From Solirubrobacterales bacterium (GTDB lineage Bacteria; Actinomycetota; Thermoleophilia; Solirubrobacterales; 70-9): a stretch of 55,032 nt of DNA. The DNA lies in assembly GCA_035461345.1 (NCBI GenBank), contig DATHVJ010000187.1, forward strand, positions 1-55,032, read 5' to 3'. A model generated the notes under the pieces. That model worked only from the letters and a program-made list of their open reading frames with translations, searched no databases and was not told where the DNA came from. Below are positions 16,511 through 24,359 of this stretch, in pieces; the stretch's first letter is position 1, and every line of letters starts with the position of its first letter. Position numbers and translations under genes: made by a program.

Positions 16511-17215
16511 CTACTCCACCCGCTCGATCTCCGGGTCACCGCCGTTGAGATGGCGCTTGAAGAAGTCCACGGTCCGGTTCCAGGCGCTCTCCGCGTGCTC
16601 CGGGTGGTGGGTTCCCAGCCGGTTGAGATCGTTGAAGAAGGCGTGTCCCGCGCCCTCGTAGAAGTGAAAGATCGCCTCCGCCCCGGCCTGGTTCAGCTCC
16701 TCCTGCAGCGCCTTCGCCTCGTCGGTGGAGATGAAGTCGTCGTTGTCGCCGAAGTGCCCCAGCACCGGCGTGCCCTCGAGCTTGGCGAACTCCGGCTTGC
16801 CGTGCGGCATCACGTAGTAGAACGTCACCGCCGCGCCGACCTTGTCGTTGACGGTCGCCGTCCAGATCGACAGCCCGCCGCCGAGGCAGAAGCCGACCGT
16901 GCCGACCTGGCCGGTGCACTTGGGATGGCTGGCGACGTAGTCGACGGCGCCGCGCATCTCCTTCTCCGCCTCATCCATGTTCATCGCCATCATCTTCTGC
17001 TGCGCCTCGTCGGGCTGATCCGTCGTCTCGCCGTGGAACAGATCGGGGGCCATCGCCACGAACCCCTCGGCGGCGAAGCGGTCGCAGACGTCGCGGATGT
17101 GCTTGTCGACGCCCCACCACTCCTGCAGCACGACGAGACCCGGCCCCTCGCCCTCCGGCTCGGCGAGATAGCCGCTAGCCGTTCCCCCGTTCGCCTCGAA
17201 CTGCACCTCAGGCAT
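16511..17215 (-). CDS. dienelactone hydrolase family protein
   Basis: 234 aa. Strong RBS (GAAGGAGGAATGA before the ATG). PGLVVLQEWWGVDKHIRDVCDRFAAEGFVAMAPDLF and nucleophile elbow GFCLGGG. Confidence 0.85.
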   Translation of the reverse strand: MPEVQFEANGGTASGYLAEPEGEGPGLVVLQEWWGVDKHIRDVCDRFAAEGFVAMAPDLFHGETTDQPDEAQQKMMAMNMDEAEKEMRGAVDYVASHPKCTGQVGTVGFCLGGGLSIWTATVNDKVGAAVTFYYVMPHGKPEFAKLEGTPVLGHFGDNDDFISTDEAKALQEELNQAGAEAIFHFYEGAGHAFFNDLNRLGTHHPEHAESAWNRTVDFFKRHLNGGDPEIERVE

Positions 17216-17229
17216 TCATTCCTCCTTCG

Positions 17230-17610
17230 TCAATCCCGCGAAATGCTCCGCTTCGCGTCCGCTTTCGCGGCGTTCCCCGCTGGGTCATCGTCTTCCTTAT
17301 CCGACAACTCTTCTGCCAACGCCCACCCGACGGCGACGCCAACGAGCATGCCCATTCGCGCCTCTTCGGCGAGCAGCGTGCGGACGGCGGTGATGCGGCG
17401 ATCGGGCTCGGGCTGGGTCGCCGCCTTCAGCACCTCGGCCTCGTGGGCCTCGCCGAACCATCCGCCCGCCTGCATCGCCTCCGTCAGCACGCGCTGCAGC
17501 TTCGGGGCCGCGCTCGTCACCATCGACTCCGCCTCGCGGAACCGGCCCGGCTCCGTCAGCGCATCGATCGCCGCCTCCAGCCGCTCGTCCGAATAGGTGT
17601 GCCGTGGCAC
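17230..17610 (-). CDS. hypothetical protein (126 aa)
   Basis: GTG start. Normal composition (MPRHTYSDERLEAAIDALTEPGRFREAESMV...) with one hydrophobic segment, MGMLVGVAVGWALA. Lies 14 nt upstream of the DLH gene. Confidence 0.55.
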   Translation of the reverse strand: MPRHTYSDERLEAAIDALTEPGRFREAESMVTSAAPKLQRVLTEAMQAGGWFGEAHEAEVLKAATQPEPDRRITAVRTLLAEEARMGMLVGVAVGWALAEELSDKEDDDPAGNAAKADAKRSISRD

Positions 17611-17652
17611 ACCTGCAACATACCCGGACCCAGGCCGGGTCCAAGCGGCGTG

Positions 17653-18039
17653 TCAGCGCCGCGCCGAGGACCGTGAGGTCGGACGCCTGCGGGACGCGGT
17701 GGAGCGCTTCTTCGCCGACGATGTGGAGCGCTTGCGCGTGGTCGTCGATTTGCGCCCCGAGGACGACTTCCGAGCGGCCGGCTTCGCTCGTCCGCGCCCC
17801 GTGACCGACTTCTGAAGCTGCGCGATGTCCTTGCGAACCGTCTGCTCCAGGCGCGTCAGGTCCTTGCGCGCATTGGCGATCATCCGCTCGAGGTCGCGCT
17901 GGGCGTCCTTCCCGCGGACACTGACGTCCTTCTGCAACGACTTCGCGCGCTTCTCCGCAGCGCTGAGCGAGTCCTTGGTGCGCTTCATCGCCGCCTCGCG
18001 CGCGCGGCCGACGCCGGACCTTGATCCTTGAGTAGCCAT
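17653..18039 (-). CDS. basic coiled-coil protein with Lys/Arg/Ser/Thr-rich tail (possible nucleoid- or granule-associated protein)
   Basis: 128 aa. Strong RBS (GGAGGGAGACGGG before the ATG). Helical N-terminal half (KSLQKDVSVRGKDAQRDLERMIANARKDLTRLEQTVRKDIAQLQK). Tail is GRGRAKPAARKSSSGRKSTTTRKRSTSSAKKRSTASRRRPTSRSSARR. Confidence 0.6.
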   Translation of the reverse strand: MATQGSRSGVGRAREAAMKRTKDSLSAAEKRAKSLQKDVSVRGKDAQRDLERMIANARKDLTRLEQTVRKDIAQLQKSVTGRGRAKPAARKSSSGRKSTTTRKRSTSSAKKRSTASRRRPTSRSSARR

Positions 18040-18084
18040 CCCGTCTCCCTCCGTTGGTGTTCGGTGAACGCTAAGACCCTACCG

Positions 18085-18864
18085 TTACTGGCGCCGCAAT
18101 TCCCACATCTGGAGCTCGCCGATGTCGCGGTACCCGATCCGCTCGTAGACCGGAAAGCCCATCTTGGTCGCCTGCAACGTCGAGGTCCGCATCCCGCGCG
18201 GGCGCGCCTCGTCCAGAGCCATCCGCACCAGGTCCCGTGACAGCCCGCGGCCGCGCGCCTCGGGGACGGTGGCCACCCACCACACCCCGCAGTCCCCGTC
18301 GGTGTCGGTGGTTGCGAGGACGGACGCCACGCGGCCGTCGAGCCGCGCCTCGTAGATCCGCCACGCGCCGGCGGGCGGGTCGCCGATCCCGAGCGCGAAT
18401 GTCCCGGGCGCGTCGCCGTAGGCGAGGTCGTTGACCCGCGTCAGCTCGGCGACCGTACCGTGCCGCGACCAGTCGAGGGCGCCGGGGTCGTGCCGCGGCA
18501 GCTCGTCGAGGTCGAGGACCATCGCCCGCGGGGTGGCGTCGAGCCTGTGACCCGCGGACGCAAGCAGCTCTGCGGATGCCGCGTCGGTCGCCGGGACCCA
18601 AACCGTCCACGCGTTGACGCCCGCGTCGGCGTACGCGCGCGCGAGCTCGTCGCGCGCCGCGGCGAGGTGCTCCGGCGTGTCGTACAGGACCGAGTTGAAG
18701 ACAGACCGCTCGGGGACCGCGGGCACGACGGCGGCGAGCACTCCGTCGCGCTCGATCATCCGCGCGCCCTCCGAGCCGGCACCGAGCGCCCGCCACGCCG
18801 ACTCCATGCTGCGGTGCATCCGCCGCAGCCATGCGGTCCCCATCCAGCCGATGGTCGAGGTCAT
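18085..18864 (-). CDS. GNAT family N-acetyltransferase
   Basis: Internal ATG 18862-18864 overlaps the stop of the upstream methyltransferase (ATGA). The C-terminal acetyl-CoA pocket-like motif is VATVPEARGRGLSRDLVRMAL ... GFPVYERIGYR. Confidence 0.75.
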   Translation of the reverse strand: MTSTIGWMGTAWLRRMHRSMESAWRALGAGSEGARMIERDGVLAAVVPAVPERSVFNSVLYDTPEHLAAARDELARAYADAGVNAWTVWVPATDAASAELLASAGHRLDATPRAMVLDLDELPRHDPGALDWSRHGTVAELTRVNDLAYGDAPGTFALGIGDPPAGAWRIYEARLDGRVASVLATTDTDGDCGVWWVATVPEARGRGLSRDLVRMALDEARPRGMRTSTLQATKMGFPVYERIGYRDIGELQMWELRRQ

Positions 18865-19517
18865 CGCTTCAGCGCCAGGGTGATCCCGTCCGCGACGCCC
18901 AGCATCGCGACGTCGACCCGCTCGTCGGCGGCCACGCGCTCGTTCAGCGCCCTGACCGTGGCGTTGGCGGGAGAGTCGTCGTCCGCGTCGAGCACGGCGC
19001 CGCCGCGCAGGACGTTGTCGACCATCATTAGGCCGCCGGCGCGCAGGCGGGCGAGCACCTCCTCGTAGTAGTCGAGGTACTCCTCCTTGTCGGCGTCGAT
19101 GAACGCGAGGTCGAAGCTCTCGTCGGCGGGGAGCGCCCGCAGCGTCTCGAGCGCGGAGCCGAGACGGAGCTCGATCCGGTCCGCGACGCCGGCGTCGCGG
19201 AAGTAGCGCCGCGCAATCTCGGTCCACTGCTCGTTGAGCTCGCAGGTCACGAGCCGGCCGTCGTCGCGGAGCCCTCGCGCGATGCAGATCGCGGAGTAGC
19301 CGGTGAAGGTGCCGAGCTCGAGCGCGCTGCGGGCGCCGATCGCGCGGGCCATGAGGGTCAGGAACGCCCCCTGGTCGGGCGCGATCTGCATCACCGCGAC
19401 GTCGCCCAGCGCCTCGGTCTCGGCTTGAAGCCGTCGCAGGACGTCGTCCTGGCGCGCCCCGTGGTCGACCAGATAGCCGTGGAGCTCGTCGGTGAGCGCC
19501 GTGTACTTCGGGGTCAC
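18861..19517 (-). CDS. class I SAM-dependent O-methyltransferase (caffeoyl-CoA OMT-like)
   Basis: GTG 19515-19517 overlaps the rhomboid-like stop (GTGA). SALELGTFTGYSAICIARGL (SAM motif I), FDLAFIDADKEEYLDYYE and GGLMMVDNVL. Confidence 0.85.
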   Translation of the reverse strand: MTPKYTALTDELHGYLVDHGARQDDVLRRLQAETEALGDVAVMQIAPDQGAFLTLMARAIGARSALELGTFTGYSAICIARGLRDDGRLVTCELNEQWTEIARRYFRDAGVADRIELRLGSALETLRALPADESFDLAFIDADKEEYLDYYEEVLARLRAGGLMMVDNVLRGGAVLDADDDSPANATVRALNERVAADERVDVAMLGVADGITLALKR

Positions 19518-20281
19518 CGGTCGCCGCGCGCTTCGCCCGGCCGAGACGCGAACCCGGCGAGCAGGCCGACGACTCCCCCGGCGATCCCGGCCCATACGTT
19601 GGCGAAGTCCTCGACGAGCGGCAGCGCGAGCAGCACAGCGGCGCACACCGTGACCCCGATCAGATCGAAGTCCTCGTCCGGAGACGCGCGGCTCTCCGTG
19701 TAGCGGATCGCGAACCACGCGCCGACCGCGCCCAGCGCCAGCCCGTTGCCGCCGGCCGCCAGTAGCGTCCCCGAGTCGAGCCCGATCGAGTGCATCGCGC
19801 TCGCTCCCAGCATCCCCAGCGCGCCGCACGCCAGCATCAGCAGCACCGCCGCGACCGTCCCGAGACGACGCTCGAGCGACGGGACGAAGACGGCGACCGC
19901 CACCGCGACCACGAACAGATAACCGAGGTCGTCGTAGGTGAACGGCGCCGCCAGGTAGCGCCACCACTCCGAGTCGACCGGCCCGACGATCGCCCCGACC
20001 TCGCTCGGGGACAGGTCGGCGGCGCGCTGGACCAGCAGCAGCATCGCGGGCGCCAGGACCGCGGCGATCGTCGCGTACGGTCGCTCGGCGACGGCGACCC
20101 TCGGGATCCTGGGCCTGCGCAGCCGCCGGCGCGGCTCGCGCGGGGCGATCTCGTCGCCGCGTCGCTCGAGTTTCGGGGCCCGCTTGCGCAGGCGCGTCCC
20201 GCAATACGGGCATTCGGTGACATAGGGGCTGACCTCGGACCCGCAGCTCTTGCAGACGACGCTCAACTCCGGCGATGCCAC
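19514..20281 (-). CDS. rhomboid-fold membrane protein with N-terminal zinc ribbon; catalytic Ser/His apparently replaced
   Basis: GTG 20279-20281. CKSCGSEVSPYVTECPYCG (CxxC-x12-CxxC). Rhomboid-like WWRYLAAPFTY. GGNG sits where GxSG is expected, and NVWAGIAGGVVG where AHxGG is expected. Confidence 0.6.
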   Translation of the reverse strand: MASPELSVVCKSCGSEVSPYVTECPYCGTRLRKRAPKLERRGDEIAPREPRRRLRRPRIPRVAVAERPYATIAAVLAPAMLLLVQRAADLSPSEVGAIVGPVDSEWWRYLAAPFTYDDLGYLFVVAVAVAVFVPSLERRLGTVAAVLLMLACGALGMLGASAMHSIGLDSGTLLAAGGNGLALGAVGAWFAIRYTESRASPDEDFDLIGVTVCAAVLLALPLVEDFANVWAGIAGGVVGLLAGFASRPGEARGDR

Positions 20282-20322
20282 AGCCCCGAGAATACTTGGG
20301 CCTATCCGGAGGCCCCGACCCG

Positions 20323-21510
20323 CTACGGGCGGGTGTGGTCGGCGATCTCCCGCGCCAGCTGGCGCAGGTCGCCGTTGCGGGCGTACATGCCGAGCTGGCG
20401 GCGGGCGCCGGTCCCGTTCTCGATCAGGTCCTCGACGCCGGCCAGCTCCGCCTCGCACCCCAGCTCCTGGGCGTGCTCGGCGAGCTCGTCAAGCATCCGC
20501 CGCACCATCTCCCGTGCCGACACCTGCCGCACCTCCCGGAAGTCGATCAGCTGCCCCTCGATCCCGTGGATCGCGGCGCGGACTTTGTTGTCGTCGATCA
20601 GCTCGCTCGGGTACTCGACCATCGGCTCCTCGCGGTCGAACAGGGAGGACAGCCTGTGGGCGAGCGCCGCGGTCAACGCGGTCAGCGCCAGCGTTGCGTC
20701 GAGCCGCGTCTGCTGGTCGAACACCCGCGTCTCGACGGTGCCCAGCCGGGGATGGGGGCGCACGTCCCACCACAGGTAGGTGTAGTCGTCGATGGCCCCG
20801 CTCTCCATCATCAACTCGACGCGGCGCGAGTAGATCTCCCAGCTCCCGTAGTGCGGCGGCACGCCGACGCGCGGGAAGGCGCGAAAGACCGGGGTACGCG
20901 CCGACATCATCCCAGTAGCCTCGCCACGCCAGAAGGGCGAGTTCGACGACAGCCCGAGCAGAACCGGGATGTAGCGCCGGATCCCGTCGGCGACGTAGAT
21001 CGCCTTGTTCGGCCCCGTGATCCCGACGTGAACGTGGGTCCCGAAGATCAGCTCCTGGCGCGCGACGTAGCCGAGCTCGGAGACGAGCTCCTGGTAGCGC
21101 TCCCGCTCGACGATCTCCTGCTGCTCCCAGTTCGCGAACGGATGCGTGCCCGAGGCGCCGATCACGAGCCCGAGCCGCTCGGCGACGTCGGCGACGGCTG
21201 TTCTGAGGGCGGCGAGCTGGCGGCCCGCAGCGCCGACGTCCGGGCACGGCTCAGTCGCCACCTCGAGCACCGACTGCATCAGCTCGGGCTTCACCTGGCC
21301 CGTGAGACCGTCGGGCAACGCGGACAGCACGTCCTCGATCCTCTGTGCGAGGTCGAGGCCGCGCGAGTCCATGATCATCAGCTCCTCCTCCACTCCGATC
21401 GTGAAGGAGGGCCCGTTGAATTGGTGGTCGAGCACCGGGGGTCTCGCACCTCGCTTGAGTGCCGAGCGGGGCCGCATGGTACCCGTGGACCCGGGCCTAT
21501 ACTCCGGCAC
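20323..21510 (-). CDS. carboxylate-amine ligase, YbdK / glutamate-cysteine ligase family 2
   Basis: FTIGVEEELMIMD ... GTHPF ... IFGTHVHVGI ... LLGLSSNSPFWRGEATG ... WWDVRPHPRLGTVETRVFD. Alternative start is ATG 21477. Confidence 0.85.
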   Translation of the reverse strand: MPEYRPGSTGTMRPRSALKRGARPPVLDHQFNGPSFTIGVEEELMIMDSRGLDLAQRIEDVLSALPDGLTGQVKPELMQSVLEVATEPCPDVGAAGRQLAALRTAVADVAERLGLVIGASGTHPFANWEQQEIVERERYQELVSELGYVARQELIFGTHVHVGITGPNKAIYVADGIRRYIPVLLGLSSNSPFWRGEATGMMSARTPVFRAFPRVGVPPHYGSWEIYSRRVELMMESGAIDDYTYLWWDVRPHPRLGTVETRVFDQQTRLDATLALTALTAALAHRLSSLFDREEPMVEYPSELIDDNKVRAAIHGIEGQLIDFREVRQVSAREMVRRMLDELAEHAQELGCEAELAGVEDLIENGTGARRQLGMYARNGDLRQLAREIADHTRP

Positions 21511-21543
21511 GGGTCACCGAAACCGAGGAGGAGCGCCACAGCG

Positions 21544-22464
21544 ATGGAAGTCAAGGCCGCAACCGAGCAGAAGTCCCTTCTGGCCACGATCTCGCCCGGG
21601 AAGCGGACCAGGCTTCGCCGGCTGCTGTTCGAGTTCGGGCCCGGAAACGGGACACTGCTGCTGCTCCCGATCGACCAGGGCATCGAGCACGGTCCCCGCG
21701 ACTTCTTCCCCAATCCGGCCTCGAAGGACCCCGGGTACCAGTTCCGGCTCGCGGCCGAGGCCGGCTACTCGGCGATCGCGTGCCAGATCGGGCTGGCGAC
21801 CAAGTACTACCCCGACTACGCGGGACAGGTGCCGCTGATTCTCAAGGTCAACGGCAGGACCGACATCCCTCCCTCCGACGACGCGCTGTCGACCACGAAC
21901 GCGTCGGTGGAGGACGCGGTACGGCTCGGCGCCGACGCCGTGGGCTACACGCTGTACGTCGGCTCCCCGCGTCAGGACGCCGACCTGCACCAGCTCCAGG
22001 GCGTCCGCGAGGACTGCGACCGCTACGGGATGCCGCTCGTGATCTGGGCGTACCCGCGCGGCTCCGCGATCGACAAGAAGGGAGGCCGCGACTCCTTCTA
22101 CGCGATCGACTACGCGGCGCGGATGGCGATGGAGATGGGCGCCGACGTCGTGAAGCTGAACATGCCGAAGATCGACCCGGAGAAGGACAAGGACTCCCCA
22201 GCCCCCTACAACGAGGGCGGGTTCAGCCAGGAGGAGGCGATCCAGCACTGCGTCGCCTCCGCCGGCCGCGCGCTGGTCGTGCTCTCGGGAGGCTCGAAGG
22301 TGGACGACGACACCCTGCTCGACCACGTGCGCCTGATCATGGGCGCGGGCGGCTCGGGCGTGATCTTCGGCCGCAACGTGTGGCAGCGCGAGTGGTCCGA
22401 GGCGGTCGATATCGTCGGCCGGATCAAGGAGTACATGCTCGAGCATGTCTCGCGCATCCCGTAG
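21544..22464 (+). CDS. class I fructose-bisphosphate aldolase (DhnA/FbaB, DeoC/LacD family)
   Basis: ATG after a GAGGAGGAG RBS. LLLLPIDQGIEHGP, PLILKVNG (Schiff-base Lys region), ADAVGYTLYVGS, DVVKLNMP and GGSGVIFGRNVWQ. Confidence 0.8.
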   Translation: MEVKAATEQKSLLATISPGKRTRLRRLLFEFGPGNGTLLLLPIDQGIEHGPRDFFPNPASKDPGYQFRLAAEAGYSAIACQIGLATKYYPDYAGQVPLILKVNGRTDIPPSDDALSTTNASVEDAVRLGADAVGYTLYVGSPRQDADLHQLQGVREDCDRYGMPLVIWAYPRGSAIDKKGGRDSFYAIDYAARMAMEMGADVVKLNMPKIDPEKDKDSPAPYNEGGFSQEEAIQHCVASAGRALVVLSGGSKVDDDTLLDHVRLIMGAGGSGVIFGRNVWQREWSEAVDIVGRIKEYMLEHVSRIP

Positions 22465-22498
22465 GGCCTAGCCGGGCCGCGCAGGCACTAATACGGCC

Positions 22499-23032
22499 GT
22501 GAGGCCCCGTCATACCCCCGGGCTCGGGGCAATCCTGCTGCTGGTCGCGGTCGTCGCGCTGCTCGTCTCCGGAGAGGACGGGTGCGGCGGCGCCGAGGAG
22601 GCCGTCGATCGGGCGGAGGGGCCGCGCAGCGTCACCGCCGAGGTGCTGCGGGTTGTGGACGGCGACACGATCGAGGTCTCGATCGAGGGCGCGACCGAGG
22701 ACGTGCGCTACATCGGCGTCGACACACCCGAGTCGGCGATCCCGGGCGAGGCGGTCGAGTGCTTCGGGCGCCGTGCCAGCGCCCTCAACGAGCGGCTCGT
22801 GTCGGGGCGGACGGTACGGCTGCGGTTCGACAGCGAGCGCCGCGACCGCTACGGCCGCCTGCTCGCCTACGTCCACGCCCGGGGACGGTTCGTCAACGCC
22901 GAGCTCGTGCGGCGCGGCTTCGCCCGCACGCTGACGATCCCGCCCAACGACGCCCACGCACCGCTGTTCGCGCGCCTCGAGCGCGCGGCCGGGCGCGCGG
23001 GTCGCGGATTGTGGGATGTGTGCGTCTCTTAA
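22499..23032 (+). CDS. secreted thermonuclease (staphylococcal nuclease-like)
   Basis: Signal/TM segment GLGAILLLVAVVALLVSG. SNase motifs VVDGDTIEV...VRYIGVDTPE...DRYGRLLAYV...NAELVRRGFA. Confidence 0.8.
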   Translation: MRPRHTPGLGAILLLVAVVALLVSGEDGCGGAEEAVDRAEGPRSVTAEVLRVVDGDTIEVSIEGATEDVRYIGVDTPESAIPGEAVECFGRRASALNERLVSGRTVRLRFDSERRDRYGRLLAYVHARGRFVNAELVRRGFARTLTIPPNDAHAPLFARLERAAGRAGRGLWDVCVS

Positions 23033-23116
23033 CGCTTGGCTAACGCCGACCGAGTCTGGTAGCTTGATGCGCGCGCTCGGCGGCTTCCGCGGCCCGCGGG
23101 CGCAAGGAAATTCCCA

Positions 23117-23377
23117 GTGGAATCCGGTCAGACAGCCCCGAGACTAAACCAGAGCCTGGAGCAGTTCGAGGTCGCGTTCGAGCAGGAGATGGCGGCGGAG
23201 CGCCGCCGTCGCAAGCAGCTGCGTCAGCGCGCCGCGAACCGCTCACGCGCGCGACGCATCGCGCGCACGGAGTCGCACGGGAAGATCAGGTTCAGCGTCC
23301 TGTTCGTCGCGCTCGCGCTCACCGTGATCACGGTGGTCGTGGTCATGTTCGAGACGCTCGCCTGGCTGATGAGCTGA
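23117..23377 (+). CDS. hypothetical tail-anchored membrane protein (86 aa)
   Basis: GTG start with AAGGAA upstream. Charged helical N-terminus (EQEMAAERRRRKQLRQRAANRSRARR) and C-terminal TM (FSVLFVALALTVITVVVVMF). Confidence 0.45.
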   Translation: MESGQTAPRLNQSLEQFEVAFEQEMAAERRRRKQLRQRAANRSRARRIARTESHGKIRFSVLFVALALTVITVVVVMFETLAWLMS

Positions 23378-23402
23378 CGCGCCAGGCGAGCGCCGCCGCC
23401 CC

Positions 23403-23642
23403 TCAGCCGCTGCTGCCCTCAGAGAGGTCCTCCAGCCCCCGGTCCACTGCTGCGCGCTGACCTGCCTCCGCACCAAGCCGCTCGGCCTGGATGCTGAGGT
23501 AGACCTCCTTGCGGAACACCGGCACGTCTCGTGGGGCTGAGATGCCGATCCGAACCTTGTCCCCCGAAACCGCAAGGACCGAGATCTCGACGTCATCCCC
23601 GATCATGATGCTCTGGTTTGTCTTCCTCGTCAGGACCAGCAT
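23403..23642 (-). CDS. csrA: carbon storage regulator CsrA (RNA-binding translational regulator)
   Basis: [52 protein letters not shown] matches the CsrA signature almost position for position. 79 aa, with a C-terminal extension. Confidence 0.9.
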   Translation of the reverse strand: MLVLTRKTNQSIMIGDDVEISVLAVSGDKVRIGISAPRDVPVFRKEVYLSIQAERLGAEAGQRAAVDRGLEDLSEGSSG

Positions 23643-23808
23643 CCGTGGTGGTACCCCTAGTCGAGGTTTACGACGGTCTACGGCGCGCCGTGCTTGGCGA
23701 CCGTACGACCACTGATTCAGCGTACCCGACCGCGCTCGACTTGGCTAGCCTGAACCGTCGCTCCGCTAGTGCACACGGGTTTGCGGCCGGGTGTACTAGG
23801 CTCGACGC

Positions 23809-24315
23809 ATGGCCAGGAAATCACTCCGCCCACAGCTGAACCAGGTCCGCGCCTGGGTGCGCGAGGGTCGCACCGACGCGTGGATCGCCCACCAGCTCGA
23901 CATCCCAGCCGCCGAGCTGCGCGAGTTTCGCCGCCGCCACGGGCTGACGGCCGACGGCGGCGAGGACGTCGACGCCGACCTTCGCGACGAGATCGAGGCC
24001 GAGATCGAGGCCGCGGCGCTCGAGGAGGTGGCCGAGGAAGCCGAGGTGGCCGAGGCGAGCGAGGAGGCCGCAGAGCGCGAGGAGCCCGCCGAGCGGCCGA
24101 AGCGCCGGCGGCGCCGCCGGCGGCGCCGCGGCGGCGGCGGGAGCAAGGCCGCCGCGCTTCAGGCCACGTTCGACCACGGCGACACCGACGGCTTCGGGCT
24201 GTGGCTGGATCCCGCGATCCAGGACGATCAGGTCTACTCCGAGCACTGGGCCGGCCACCGCGCGGTCGAGGTCGAGGTGGAGCCGGACCGGATCGTGATC
24301 AAGCGGGCGGGGTAG
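23809..24315 (+). CDS. hypothetical protein: HTH-like N-terminus, acidic linker, Arg8 tract, small C-terminal domain
   Basis: 168 aa. LNQVRAWVREGRTDAWIAHQLDIPAAELREFRRRHGL, then an E/A-rich stretch, then [14 protein letters not shown], then ATFDHGDTDGFGLWLDPAIQDDQVYSEHW. Confidence 0.55.
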   Translation: MARKSLRPQLNQVRAWVREGRTDAWIAHQLDIPAAELREFRRRHGLTADGGEDVDADLRDEIEAEIEAAALEEVAEEAEVAEASEEAAEREEPAERPKRRRRRRRRRGGGGSKAAALQATFDHGDTDGFGLWLDPAIQDDQVYSEHWAGHRAVEVEVEPDRIVIKRAG

Positions 24316-24359
24316 TGCCGCCTCGCCCGGGTACGGCCCGGGCCTGACGAGAGGCGCCG

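Noticed and set aside
17230-17244. Exact 15-mer tcaatcccgcgaaat also present at 44471-44485
   Set aside because: One copy is the last codons and stop of a gene, and the other is intergenic. There is no extended similarity on either side. A handful of chance 15-mer matches is expected in 55 kb read on both strands.
20275-21543. N-terminal 420 codons of the 729-aa plus-strand ORF 20275..22464
   Set aside because: This part is antisense to the YbdK-type ligase gene. Only the part from ATG 21544, which has a GGAGG RBS, looks like the class I aldolase.
23085-23130. GGA motifs (caaGGAaattcccagtGGAatcc) around the start of the small gene convergent with csrA, as a possible CsrA binding site
   Set aside because: There are only two GGA triplets, one of which is probably just the RBS. 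No hairpin presentation is evident, so the idea is pure speculation without binding data.
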